IMG/VR virus record: IMGVR_UViG_3300023184_000035
Span: 84,134-148,133 of that record
Source of the DNA: a virus
Direction: 5' to 3' (one strand)
Length of the DNA: 64,000 bases
Shown: positions 50,079 to 58,435 of the stretch, one piece after another
Numbering within the stretch: the stretch's first letter is position 1
Layout: each line of letters begins with the position of its first letter
Position numbers and translations under genes: made by a program
The notes under the pieces: generated by a model
What the model was told of the DNA's origin: nothing
Seen by the model: the letters and a program-made list of their open reading frames with translations, nothing else
Database searches by the model: none

Positions 50079-50397
50079 AACCCTGCTACTAATCTTGAGC
50101 ACAATACTTGCTGTGTTTGCCGTACCTGCTGTGCTGATTGTGTTTCATGTGTACTTGAATGCGTTCTTTGCCATAACGCTTTTTATAGCCTGCTTTGTGC
50201 TGTTTGGGTACTATACCTTTCAAGAGATTTACCCAGAGATACAACGGAAACATCTAGAGGAGGAAGCGATATTTCATCAGTTCCACGGGGACAAAGACAA
50301 GATACGCTACTACAAAGGATTCAAGAAACACTTTGATGGAGAATTAGATCTAGAGCAGTTGGAACAATGGTTTGAGCGCCATCCCCGCAAACATTAA
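50062..50397 (+). CDS. Membrane protein (2 TM)
   Basis: Hydrophobic N half. Confidence 0.65.
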   Translation: MNPVTKTLLLILSTILAVFAVPAVLIVFHVYLNAFFAITLFIACFVLFGYYTFQEIYPEIQRKHLEEEAIFHQFHGDKDKIRYYKGFKKHFDGELDLEQLEQWFERHPRKH

Positions 50398-50537
50398 CGA
50401 CGAGTGGTAAACCACACAGCACTGAGTGTGATAGCACCCACAACTATGTACCCGCAAAAAACTGCCAACAGCCACAGCCAAGGGCGTTTCACTTCAGAGA
50501 GATAGGTGTGTAGTTGATCAATTGCAGATTTGGCCAT
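50394..50537 (-). CDS. Small membrane protein (47 aa)
   Basis: MAKSAIDQ…WLWLLAVFCGYIVVGAITLSAVWFTTRR*; TAAATA 5 nt upstream on - strand. Confidence 0.5.
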   Translation of the reverse strand: MAKSAIDQLHTYLSEVKRPWLWLLAVFCGYIVVGAITLSAVWFTTRR

Positions 50538-50619
50538 GCTATTATTTAAATGCAGTGTGTCTAAATATTACGCAGCAGTTATCTTGTGTTGGGCCGATAC
50601 ACAATTATAAATACACATT

Positions 50620-51015
50620 ATGGCACCATCAGCAAGCGTAACCTTTACTTCAGTTCCTACCAGTATCACAAAAGGCTCTACAGGAACATTTAATACCACC
50701 TCAACTGCTTCATTAGCAAATGCTACCCTGTATTGGGTTATAAATAATGGCACTACAACCAACAGCAATTTCTCTGCAGTCACGGGATCATACACAGCCA
50801 CTGGTGGCGCTGGCTCATTTTCGATTGTGACACTAACAGATGGAATTTACCAAGCTGACTTGACTTTTACTGTCAGTGTATATCAAGATTCAGGATATAC
50901 CGTCTTGAGAGCCACCAGCGCCTCAGTGAATTTGGCCAGCCCAACTCCACCCGGGGGGCAAACAGTGACAATTGGTGGCGGAATCACCATTGGTGGCAGC
51001 ATCACATTCAATTAA
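50620..51015 (+). CDS. Small Ser/Thr-rich virion-type protein
   Basis: TATAAATA-N6-ATG; beta-rich composition; IGGGITIGG C-terminus. Confidence 0.65.
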   Translation: MAPSASVTFTSVPTSITKGSTGTFNTTSTASLANATLYWVINNGTTTNSNFSAVTGSYTATGGAGSFSIVTLTDGIYQADLTFTVSVYQDSGYTVLRATSASVNLASPTPPGGQTVTIGGGITIGGSITFN

Positions 51016-51044
51016 AACCATAAATATTCTTAAAGGAGCCTGAC

Positions 51045-51521
51045 ATGTCAGAAGAACAAAAACCAGAAAAGAAAGACGAAGACTGGATGCAGAAAAAATG
51101 GCGTCCAGCCATGGGATGGATGTACATGGGAGTGTGTATATTTGACTTTGTGGTTGCACCAGTGTTATGGAGCACAGCACAGGCCATATTCCACGGTGGG
51201 GTAAATGTGCAATGGCAACCCCTCACACTACAAGGTGCAGGCCTGTTCCATATCAGCATGGGTGCTGTGCTTGGCCTGGCAGCATATGGTCGCACACAAG
51301 AAAAACTAGCAGGAGCTAACAATGGCGGAATCCAATTACCATCAGGCGTCGGTACAACATATACGCCGCCGGTACCAATACAACAGCCCGCAGCCAGCGG
51401 TTTTAGTACACCAGCAGCAGTCTTTGGAGCACCAGCGGTTACACCCTCAGCAGCACCAGCAGTCATTACAGGATTTGGCGGCAAACCTGGGCCTGTGCAG
51501 CCATCATTCCCGGAGATATGA
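51045..51521 (+). CDS. Holin-like protein (3TM holin family)
   Basis: W…WRPAMGW.Y…DF…P; GA.LG..AYGRTQEK. Confidence 0.7.
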   Translation: MSEEQKPEKKDEDWMQKKWRPAMGWMYMGVCIFDFVVAPVLWSTAQAIFHGGVNVQWQPLTLQGAGLFHISMGAVLGLAAYGRTQEKLAGANNGGIQLPSGVGTTYTPPVPIQQPAASGFSTPAAVFGAPAVTPSAAPAVITGFGGKPGPVQPSFPEI

Positions 51522-51553
51522 AATAAATAAAAGTTATTAATTAGGATGATTTG

Positions 51554-52336
51554 ATGTCTTCACCACCATATGACAACATAACCGGTATCAGTCGGACTGT
51601 CATGAAAGATAATGCACAGGAAACTGTGTATGATTACAACGGCAATGCTCGTCCTGGCGAGATGGTAGCCGATTTGACTCAAGATCCGCCTGTGGTTTAC
51701 ATAGGCAATAATTTGGGGCAGCTAACACAGGTATTCCCCAGCACGTCCGGTGGCCCAATCGGTAGCAGCGGTGCTGTACAAATAAATTGGATGAGCACCT
51801 TTAGCAATCAAGGTGGCACCCCCGGATCTACATATTCTACTATACAATTCAATAGTGATGGGCTGGCCACTATCAGTGGCACTAATGCGTTCCAATCCAG
51901 CAGTAATGTGACCTACTTAACAATCAATGCACCACAGGTGCAAAGTACGGATTTTGGCACATTGTCCGGCCCCGGCGTCACTGTAGTGGGGTATGATGAC
52001 AACTACAATACTCCTCGCAGTGCTTATTTTAGTGTGCAGGATCAGGCCAGTGTTACACAACAATGGGATTTTGGTATCCTTGGTAGTGGCAGCAACAATT
52101 TTACTGTGCGCAACAGAACTGCAGATTCCTTACCATTTACAGTAAATACCAATGGAACAGTTCAACTTCAAGTTATGGCTGTGGCATCATTACCTGCGGC
52201 CACAACTATTGGATTAAAAACTTTTGTCAACGATTCTAATCGAGTGGCATCAGGCAACTTTGGAGCAGTGGTAGGGAACGCCGGTTCAAATGTTGTACCA
52301 GTCTACAGCGATGGCGCCAATTGGCGCATAGGTTAA
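51554..52336 (+). CDS. Virion structural protein
   Basis: ITGISR.VMKDNAQ N-terminus; LP.A…VPVYSDG.NWRIG C-terminus. Confidence 0.7.
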   Translation: MSSPPYDNITGISRTVMKDNAQETVYDYNGNARPGEMVADLTQDPPVVYIGNNLGQLTQVFPSTSGGPIGSSGAVQINWMSTFSNQGGTPGSTYSTIQFNSDGLATISGTNAFQSSSNVTYLTINAPQVQSTDFGTLSGPGVTVVGYDDNYNTPRSAYFSVQDQASVTQQWDFGILGSGSNNFTVRNRTADSLPFTVNTNGTVQLQVMAVASLPAATTIGLKTFVNDSNRVASGNFGAVVGNAGSNVVPVYSDGANWRIG

Positions 52337-52357
52337 TTAATTAAAGGAGATAAAAAA

Positions 52358-53338
52358 ATGAAAAAATTGAATCTTGTGTCGGGAATTGCTGCAATAGCAA
52401 TTGGCCTAGCATCATTCTTTGCAGCAGCTCAAAGCAATCAGACTCCGGTCAATATCACCACGGTCACTCCTGGGGGCGCAACAGCAATTACCAGTTATAG
52501 TAGCATGAATACCACATATACTTTTAATCTGCAAAACACAACAAACGCACAATTTTGTCAAGGCACAGACGACTGTGCATTGCCCACTGCACAAACAGGG
52601 GCAAATGCCTATACTATTTCCAACACACGCTGGGGAACCTACAAACTCAACAACGCTGTTCCGGGTGCCTGTGCTCCAAGTATCACCTACGGTGGTGTTC
52701 AATATTGCTTGTTGGAGTTTCATTTCCATGGTCCATCTGAACACTGGGTCAATGGCGGGGCAACAGATTTAGAAGTGCATTTTGTTTTCTTCAATTTAGC
52801 AGATGCCACATCTGGTGCACGTGGATTGTGCGCTGCAAATTCACTATTGGTAATGGGGCAACGAATGGTAGGTAATGGTAGCTCAGCAAATGCAGCCTGG
52901 ACCAATGTGTTTAATGCTATTCCAACTGCCAACGCTTCTGGAGCATACGCCAGCACTGGCACTACCCAACTGACGCTCAATGTCCAAACACTAATGGGTA
53001 TTCCAGGCGGCAACATTAACACCGCCCCTAGTTACAGATACCTTGGTGGGTTGACTGCCCCAATCAGTATTGCTACCCTAGGACAAGCAAATGGAAATCA
53101 ATCTAACAGTTGTGTGGCCAACAACAATCCCAACAACGGTCAACCATGGTGGGGCAATCCACAGAATCAATTGAACAATGGAGCATATCCAGAAATTGTG
53201 CAATGGGTGTTGTTTAGACAACCAATACAGTTATCTGTAGCACAGGTAAATCAGTTCAAGGCAAAGTTTCCAGATGGTAATGCTCGTTCGGTTCAACCCA
53301 ACACTGGTGTAACAATCAACTTGGCCAATCCAAATTAA
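52358..53338 (+). CDS. Secreted alpha-carbonic anhydrase
   Basis: Signal peptide; EFHFH..SEH, LEVHFV (Zn His triad), YRY.G.LT.P, E.V.WVLF..PI.LS..Q…F, NAR.VQP. Confidence 0.85.
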   Translation: MKKLNLVSGIAAIAIGLASFFAAAQSNQTPVNITTVTPGGATAITSYSSMNTTYTFNLQNTTNAQFCQGTDDCALPTAQTGANAYTISNTRWGTYKLNNAVPGACAPSITYGGVQYCLLEFHFHGPSEHWVNGGATDLEVHFVFFNLADATSGARGLCAANSLLVMGQRMVGNGSSANAAWTNVFNAIPTANASGAYASTGTTQLTLNVQTLMGIPGGNINTAPSYRYLGGLTAPISIATLGQANGNQSNSCVANNNPNNGQPWWGNPQNQLNNGAYPEIVQWVLFRQPIQLSVAQVNQFKAKFPDGNARSVQPNTGVTINLANPN

Positions 53339-53368
53339 AACAACTCAATCAAAAGGTAGGAAAGTAAA

Positions 53369-53614
53369 ATGAAAAATGTTATATTTGTAGCAGGATTAAT
53401 GTTTTGTGTGCCAGCCTTGTCTGCAGACTCACACTCAGCAGATGTAGCTCGAGCAGATGCAGCCAAAACCCAACACGAAACCAAGAAAGTGTGTGTGGAT
53501 CAAATGAAAGACGGTAAACCAGTCAAAGATGCCAAAGGTTTCACAAAACAAGATTGCAAAAAAATCCGAGTACATAAAAAACTCGAAGGCACCCCGGTAC
53601 CTGAAAAGAAATAA
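53369..53614 (+). CDS. Small secreted protein
   Basis: Signal peptide; KKVC…C…HKKLEG. Confidence 0.7.
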   Translation: MKNVIFVAGLMFCVPALSADSHSADVARADAAKTQHETKKVCVDQMKDGKPVKDAKGFTKQDCKKIRVHKKLEGTPVPEKK

Positions 53615-53643
53615 TTGACAACCAAGCCAGGGTCCTGTATAAT
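53615..53643 (+). promoter_or_regulatory. sigma70 consensus promoter for dnaJ-clpA
   Basis: TTGACA-N17-TATAAT. Confidence 0.8.
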
Positions 53644-53663
53644 TAACTATACAGGACCTTTTT
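53631..53663 (+). terminator. Intrinsic terminator overlapping the promoter -10
   Basis: GGTCCTGTATA-ATTAAC-TATACAGGACC + TTTTT. Confidence 0.7.
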
Positions 53664-53664
53664 C

Positions 53665-54450
53665 ATGACCGACTACTACGCCGCACTAGGCGTGCCAAAA
53701 ACTGCCACTGCTGACGATATCAAACGAGCCTTTCGTAAGTTGGCCAGCCAACACCATCCAGACAAGGGCGGGGATACTGCCAAGTTCCAGGCCATACAAC
53801 AGGCCTATGCCACACTAGGTGATGAACAAAAACGTGTGGAATACGACAATCCTAGACCACAATTTTCAGGATTCCATGGACACCCGGGTGGGGTAAACAT
53901 CAATGACATCTTTGGACAAATGTTCGGGCAACAGTTTGCGCACCAACATCAACAGCCGCGTAGAAGTCATGTGCGCATGACACTTTGGATCACACTGTTG
54001 GATGTGGCCACTGGTGGCAAGCGTACTGTAAGCCTGGGCACACAAAGCGGTGTGAGTGCTGTAGAAATTGAAATACCCCTGGGCATCAACGACGGGGACA
54101 ATGTGCAGTATGAAGGCATTGGTCCTGGTGGGTCGGACCTGGTGGTTAATTTTAGGATTTCACCAGATCGAACATGGATTCGTGAGGGGCTCAATCTCAC
54201 CATGGAGGTCCGACTGAATATTTGGAGTCTAATCTTGGGTGGTGATCTCACCATTGACACATTGACTGGCAAGACCCTGACTGTGAGCGTGCCTGAGCGC
54301 ACACAACCTGGCACCAGTTTGCGATTGAAAGCACAAGGATTGCGAGATCGATCAGGCAACACAGGAGATATTTTTGTGCGAGTACAGGCCACAATTCCCG
54401 ATAACATTGCGCCCGAAATCTTGGATGTTATCCGAAATCACCAAGAATAA
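53665..54450 (+). CDS. DnaJ/CbpA-type chaperone
   Basis: J domain with HPD, short G/F region, C-terminal domain, no zinc finger. Confidence 0.92.
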   Translation: MTDYYAALGVPKTATADDIKRAFRKLASQHHPDKGGDTAKFQAIQQAYATLGDEQKRVEYDNPRPQFSGFHGHPGGVNINDIFGQMFGQQFAHQHQQPRRSHVRMTLWITLLDVATGGKRTVSLGTQSGVSAVEIEIPLGINDGDNVQYEGIGPGGSDLVVNFRISPDRTWIREGLNLTMEVRLNIWSLILGGDLTIDTLTGKTLTVSVPERTQPGTSLRLKAQGLRDRSGNTGDIFVRVQATIPDNIAPEILDVIRNHQE

Positions 54451-54525
54451 ATATTTTGGCACAGCCCAGGTTGCACCAATACTGCAAACACCGTATAATA
54501 AACACAAGACAACTCAAGGACCCAC

Positions 54526-56781
54526 ATGCAAAACAATCCCGAAATTGAACACATTGTAGAACAAGCAGTTAAAATTGCTCGAGACAAACATCACGAATAT
54601 GTGATAACAGAACATTTGTTGCTGAGCCTGGTCAGGCATGCACCGTTTAGAAAAACTCTAGACCGTTTTGGTGCGGAAGTTGCACAGATGGAGCAAGAAG
54701 TTGACACATATCTTGACAGTTTGAAACACCTTGTCAAAGCTGATGCTGACTTGCAACCAAGAAAAACACAGACCCTAGAACGCCTGTTTAATCGTGCCAA
54801 TGTGCAGGTCATGTTCACCGGACGCAGAACACTCACAACACTGGATTTGTACCTGAGTATCATGGCCGAAACCAACAGTCATGCACACTACTTCTTGCTC
54901 AAATACGGTGTGAAGAAAACTGAATTCTCAGACTTCTTTACCAAGAATTACACAGCTGGTGAAGCGTCCAAGATGAACATAAATCAAGCCAATGATATCT
55001 TGAACGAGTATTGCACCAATCTTACTGAAATGGCCAAGGCTGATCAGTTGGAACCGCTAATTGGACGCCAAACCGAACTGCACGAAATGATCACAGTAAT
55101 GGCACGCCGCTTCAAGGCCAATGTGCTCATGGTGGGAGATCCAGGTGTGGGCAAGACCTGCATTGTGGACGGACTTGCCCAAGAAATCATTGCTGGTCGT
55201 GTGCCTAAATTCATACAAGATCACGAAGTATGGGGGCTGGAAGTTGGCAGTTTACTTGCAGGATCCAAGTACCGTGGCGAGTTTGAAGAAAAGTTCAAGG
55301 CTGTGATTGCTGCTCTGGAAACCAAAAAGAACTGTATCCTGTTCATTGACGAAGCACACACCATGAAAGGTGCTGGTGCAGGGTCACAAAGTAGCCTGGA
55401 CTTTGCCAACATGTTGAAACCCGCAATCACCAAAGGACATTTGAAAGTGATTGCGTCAACCACCTGGGAAGAGTACTACGAATCATTTGAAAAGGATCGC
55501 GCACTCATGCGCAGGTTCTATCGTATCAGTATTGACGAGCCAGATACAGAAACCACAGAGAGAATCCTTGCTGGTCTAAGCCCCAGACTGGAAAAGTTTC
55601 ATGATGTAGTAATTGATCGCGCAGCCATGTTGGCCGCTGTGGAACTGGCCAACCGTTATATTCATGATCGTAAAAATCCTGACAAAGCCATTGACTTGTT
55701 GGATGCGTCATGCGCACGTGAACGTGTGAAAGATCAAGGTACCGTCACCATCACCAAGGAACTGATCCAAGCACAGGTAAGTCGTGTGGCCGGGGTGCCA
55801 GTGGATCGACTGCAAAATGAACGCAGTGCAAAGATCATGGATTTGGATTCAAACATCAAACAGAAATTGTACGGGCAGGATTCAGCCGTGGATGCTGTGC
55901 TGGAACGGGTGTATATCAACTTTGCCGGTATTGGCAATGACAAACGACCCATCTCAAGTTTCTTGTTCCTGGGCCCAACTGGCACAGGTAAAACTGAACT
56001 GGCCAAACTGTTGAGCGAACACTTGGAAATGAAACTGTTGCGCTATGACATGAGTGAGTACCAAGAAAAACACACAGTGTCAAGTTTAATTGGTGCACCT
56101 CCGGGCTATGTGGGCTTTGAAGATGGCAATGTGGGCGGCGGCAAACTGATTTCGGACATCAGCAAGAATCCCTATGCTGTGATCTTGTTTGATGAAATTG
56201 AAAAAGCACACTCGGATGTGACCAACATCTTGTTGCAGATGCTGGACGAAGGACATATCACCAGTGCAAACGGCAAACGAGTGGACGTGAAAAACTGCAT
56301 CATCATCATGACAAGTAACTTGGGCGCACAAGCCAACGATGCCAACAACATTGGGTTTGGTAGTTTGGAGAAATCGGGTGAAGAAGATCGTGCCATGAAA
56401 GACTTCTTCCGTCCTGAACTGCGCAATCGTATTGATCGTATCTGCAAGTTCAACAAACTGGACACACTGGCCATCAAGAAGATTGTGGTGAAGTTTGTGG
56501 ATGAACTCAAAGCCAGTATGACACACAAGAACATTCGATTGGTGCTGACCGAACCGGTTATTGACCATCTAGCTGACAAGGGCTATGACAGCAAAATGGG
56601 CGCACGTCCGCTGAGTCGCAAGATTGATGAACTGATCCGTGTGCCATTGAGCAAGCGGATCTTGTTTGATCGACTGGAAAACTGTACAATCACTGCTGTG
56701 ATGACAGAGGACGCTGTGGAGTTCATGATCGAACAGGACACTGTGACCAGTGTGAACACAGAAGGAATTATCATTGTATAA
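54526..56781 (+). CDS. clpA: ClpA-like AAA+ chaperone
   Basis: Clp N domain (HEY…EHLLL), two Walker A (GDPGVGKT, GPTGTGKT), no M-domain, IGF loop, GARPL. Confidence 0.9.
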   Translation: MQNNPEIEHIVEQAVKIARDKHHEYVITEHLLLSLVRHAPFRKTLDRFGAEVAQMEQEVDTYLDSLKHLVKADADLQPRKTQTLERLFNRANVQVMFTGRRTLTTLDLYLSIMAETNSHAHYFLLKYGVKKTEFSDFFTKNYTAGEASKMNINQANDILNEYCTNLTEMAKADQLEPLIGRQTELHEMITVMARRFKANVLMVGDPGVGKTCIVDGLAQEIIAGRVPKFIQDHEVWGLEVGSLLAGSKYRGEFEEKFKAVIAALETKKNCILFIDEAHTMKGAGAGSQSSLDFANMLKPAITKGHLKVIASTTWEEYYESFEKDRALMRRFYRISIDEPDTETTERILAGLSPRLEKFHDVVIDRAAMLAAVELANRYIHDRKNPDKAIDLLDASCARERVKDQGTVTITKELIQAQVSRVAGVPVDRLQNERSAKIMDLDSNIKQKLYGQDSAVDAVLERVYINFAGIGNDKRPISSFLFLGPTGTGKTELAKLLSEHLEMKLLRYDMSEYQEKHTVSSLIGAPPGYVGFEDGNVGGGKLISDISKNPYAVILFDEIEKAHSDVTNILLQMLDEGHITSANGKRVDVKNCIIIMTSNLGAQANDANNIGFGSLEKSGEEDRAMKDFFRPELRNRIDRICKFNKLDTLAIKKIVVKFVDELKASMTHKNIRLVLTEPVIDHLADKGYDSKMGARPLSRKIDELIRVPLSKRILFDRLENCTITAVMTEDAVEFMIEQDTVTSVNTEGIIIV

Positions 56782-57454
56782 GATTGAATCTGATCATCGT
56801 AGCAGTCTATACTACGAGCGGTACGAGTGGTGTGTGACTTTCAATATTGCCGAAGCCAATTGTTTGCGAAACTTGGAACAAAAACAATTTGAGAATGCCT
56901 TGCGCAGTGCTAAAAAATGGCGTCAGGAAATAGTGAGTTACGCTCAACTGCCGTCTGAGCGATGGACCGACGAAAAAGAACAGGCATTGCGTGAGGCCCG
57001 TGATTGTTTGTTGGCCGAAACTCATCCGTTTAAAACTGTGGTCAGTTACAACACCTTGTGTGCGTATACCAACCACCTGGGCCTGGCTGATCACCTGCAA
57101 GCTGATGGGTTTGAGATACAACTGGTACGGCAAGCCCAGCTGACCAAACCAGCCAACGTGGTGCAACTGCGTGAATCACAATATGCTTACAGAACGTATT
57201 TTCGAGAACGCCGAATCAATCTAGAGCAACGCAACATGCTGGCTAATTTTTTAAATTCACGCCGAGATACATTGCGTGTTAGCACAGCATTGGACAACTG
57301 GGCCAACGGCAAGTTTATTGGTTATGTACGAAATCACAGTTACTCTCGAGCCCACTATTTTATAGACCATGATCACCCCAACGAAGGCACCATGCTCAGC
57401 CTAGTAATGCCGGGCATTGTAAGAAAGACCATGCCCATTGAAACGACTAAATAG
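56774..57454 (+). CDS. Hypothetical protein
   Basis: 226-aa ORF overlapping clpA stop. Confidence 0.7.
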   Translation: MYKIESDHRSSLYYERYEWCVTFNIAEANCLRNLEQKQFENALRSAKKWRQEIVSYAQLPSERWTDEKEQALREARDCLLAETHPFKTVVSYNTLCAYTNHLGLADHLQADGFEIQLVRQAQLTKPANVVQLRESQYAYRTYFRERRINLEQRNMLANFLNSRRDTLRVSTALDNWANGKFIGYVRNHSYSRAHYFIDHDHPNEGTMLSLVMPGIVRKTMPIETTK

Positions 57455-57460
57455 TACACT

Positions 57461-57625
57461 ATGGCTAAAATACACCAAGAAACAGTGGTGATCACACTGA
57501 GTAAACTGATCAAAGATAACGATGCTGGCGTTGAAATTGCCACAGCCGACATTGTTGCTGCCTTACAAAGCGTGGCAGAAGAACTTGCTGGTGCAGGTAT
57601 TGTTGTAGAAGCGGACAAAGCATAA
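57461..57625 (+). CDS. Small hypothetical protein (54 aa)
   Basis: MAKIHQETVVITLSKLIKD…EELAGAGIVVEADKA*; TAAATA-N7-ATG. Confidence 0.7.
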   Translation: MAKIHQETVVITLSKLIKDNDAGVEIATADIVAALQSVAEELAGAGIVVEADKA

Positions 57626-57981
57626 TGACAACAAAGACCATTCTTGGCACCACTGTTTATGGTACGCCTTCGGGCAACTATGACGGATCAAGTCAAGACT
57701 GGTATTCAGATCCTGTCACAGCCGCCGACTACTATCAAGGTCGTGGCGGCATACAGACCATTACATTTTCAGTGGCAGATTTTGTGGGCACAATGTATCT
57801 AGAAGCCTGCTTGGATGCAAATCCTGCCGAAGCCAACTGGTTTGTCACGTACACGTATGGCAGCGGCACACCGTTGTCAGACTATCATCCTGAAACCATC
57901 ACAGGAAACTTTACATGGATGCGAGTCCGAGTTGAGGGGTTTGATGGCGGCACAATCACATCAGTCACAATCACATATTAA
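57625..57981 (+). CDS. Putative virion protein
   Basis: YY…QT…F.G…EA.L…WF…GNFTWMR beta-sandwich-like. Confidence 0.7.
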   Translation: MTTKTILGTTVYGTPSGNYDGSSQDWYSDPVTAADYYQGRGGIQTITFSVADFVGTMYLEACLDANPAEANWFVTYTYGSGTPLSDYHPETITGNFTWMRVRVEGFDGGTITSVTITY

Positions 57982-58419
57982 ATGAGCGACAGTTCAACAA
58001 TTAGTTTTGATATTGACACATCAGATTCTTCTGCCGCAATTGGTGTTGCTGCCTGGGTAGATGATGTCTGTGCGTTCCAAACTGATCATTTAACTGAGCG
58101 CAAACATATTGATCATACAGTATTGGATGATGGTACCAAGCGTGAACTGCGTATTGTAATTTCAGGTAAAACTCCCAAGCACACTCAAATTGATGAGCAT
58201 GACAATATCATTAAAGATGTGGTCGTAAAAATATCTAATATTTCCATTGACGGCATCGACATCACTCAGATATTCCATGAAAAATGTGTTTACACACATG
58301 ATTTCAATGGCACACAACCTGAGATCCAAGACATATTCTTTGGTATTGCCGGGTGCAATGGTACAATAAGTCTCAAATTTTCCACTCCCATTTACTTGTG
58401 GTTGCTGGAAAATATGTAG
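57982..58419 (+). CDS. Hypothetical protein
   Basis: ORF ending F.TPIYLWLLENM. Confidence 0.7.
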   Translation: MSDSSTISFDIDTSDSSAAIGVAAWVDDVCAFQTDHLTERKHIDHTVLDDGTKRELRIVISGKTPKHTQIDEHDNIIKDVVVKISNISIDGIDITQIFHEKCVYTHDFNGTQPEIQDIFFGIAGCNGTISLKFSTPIYLWLLENM

Positions 58420-58435
58420 CAACTAAATACAGTTT

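Noticed and set aside
53631-53658. CIRCE operator upstream of dnaJ
   Set aside because: The inverted repeat does not match TTAGCACTC-N9-GAGTGCTAA.
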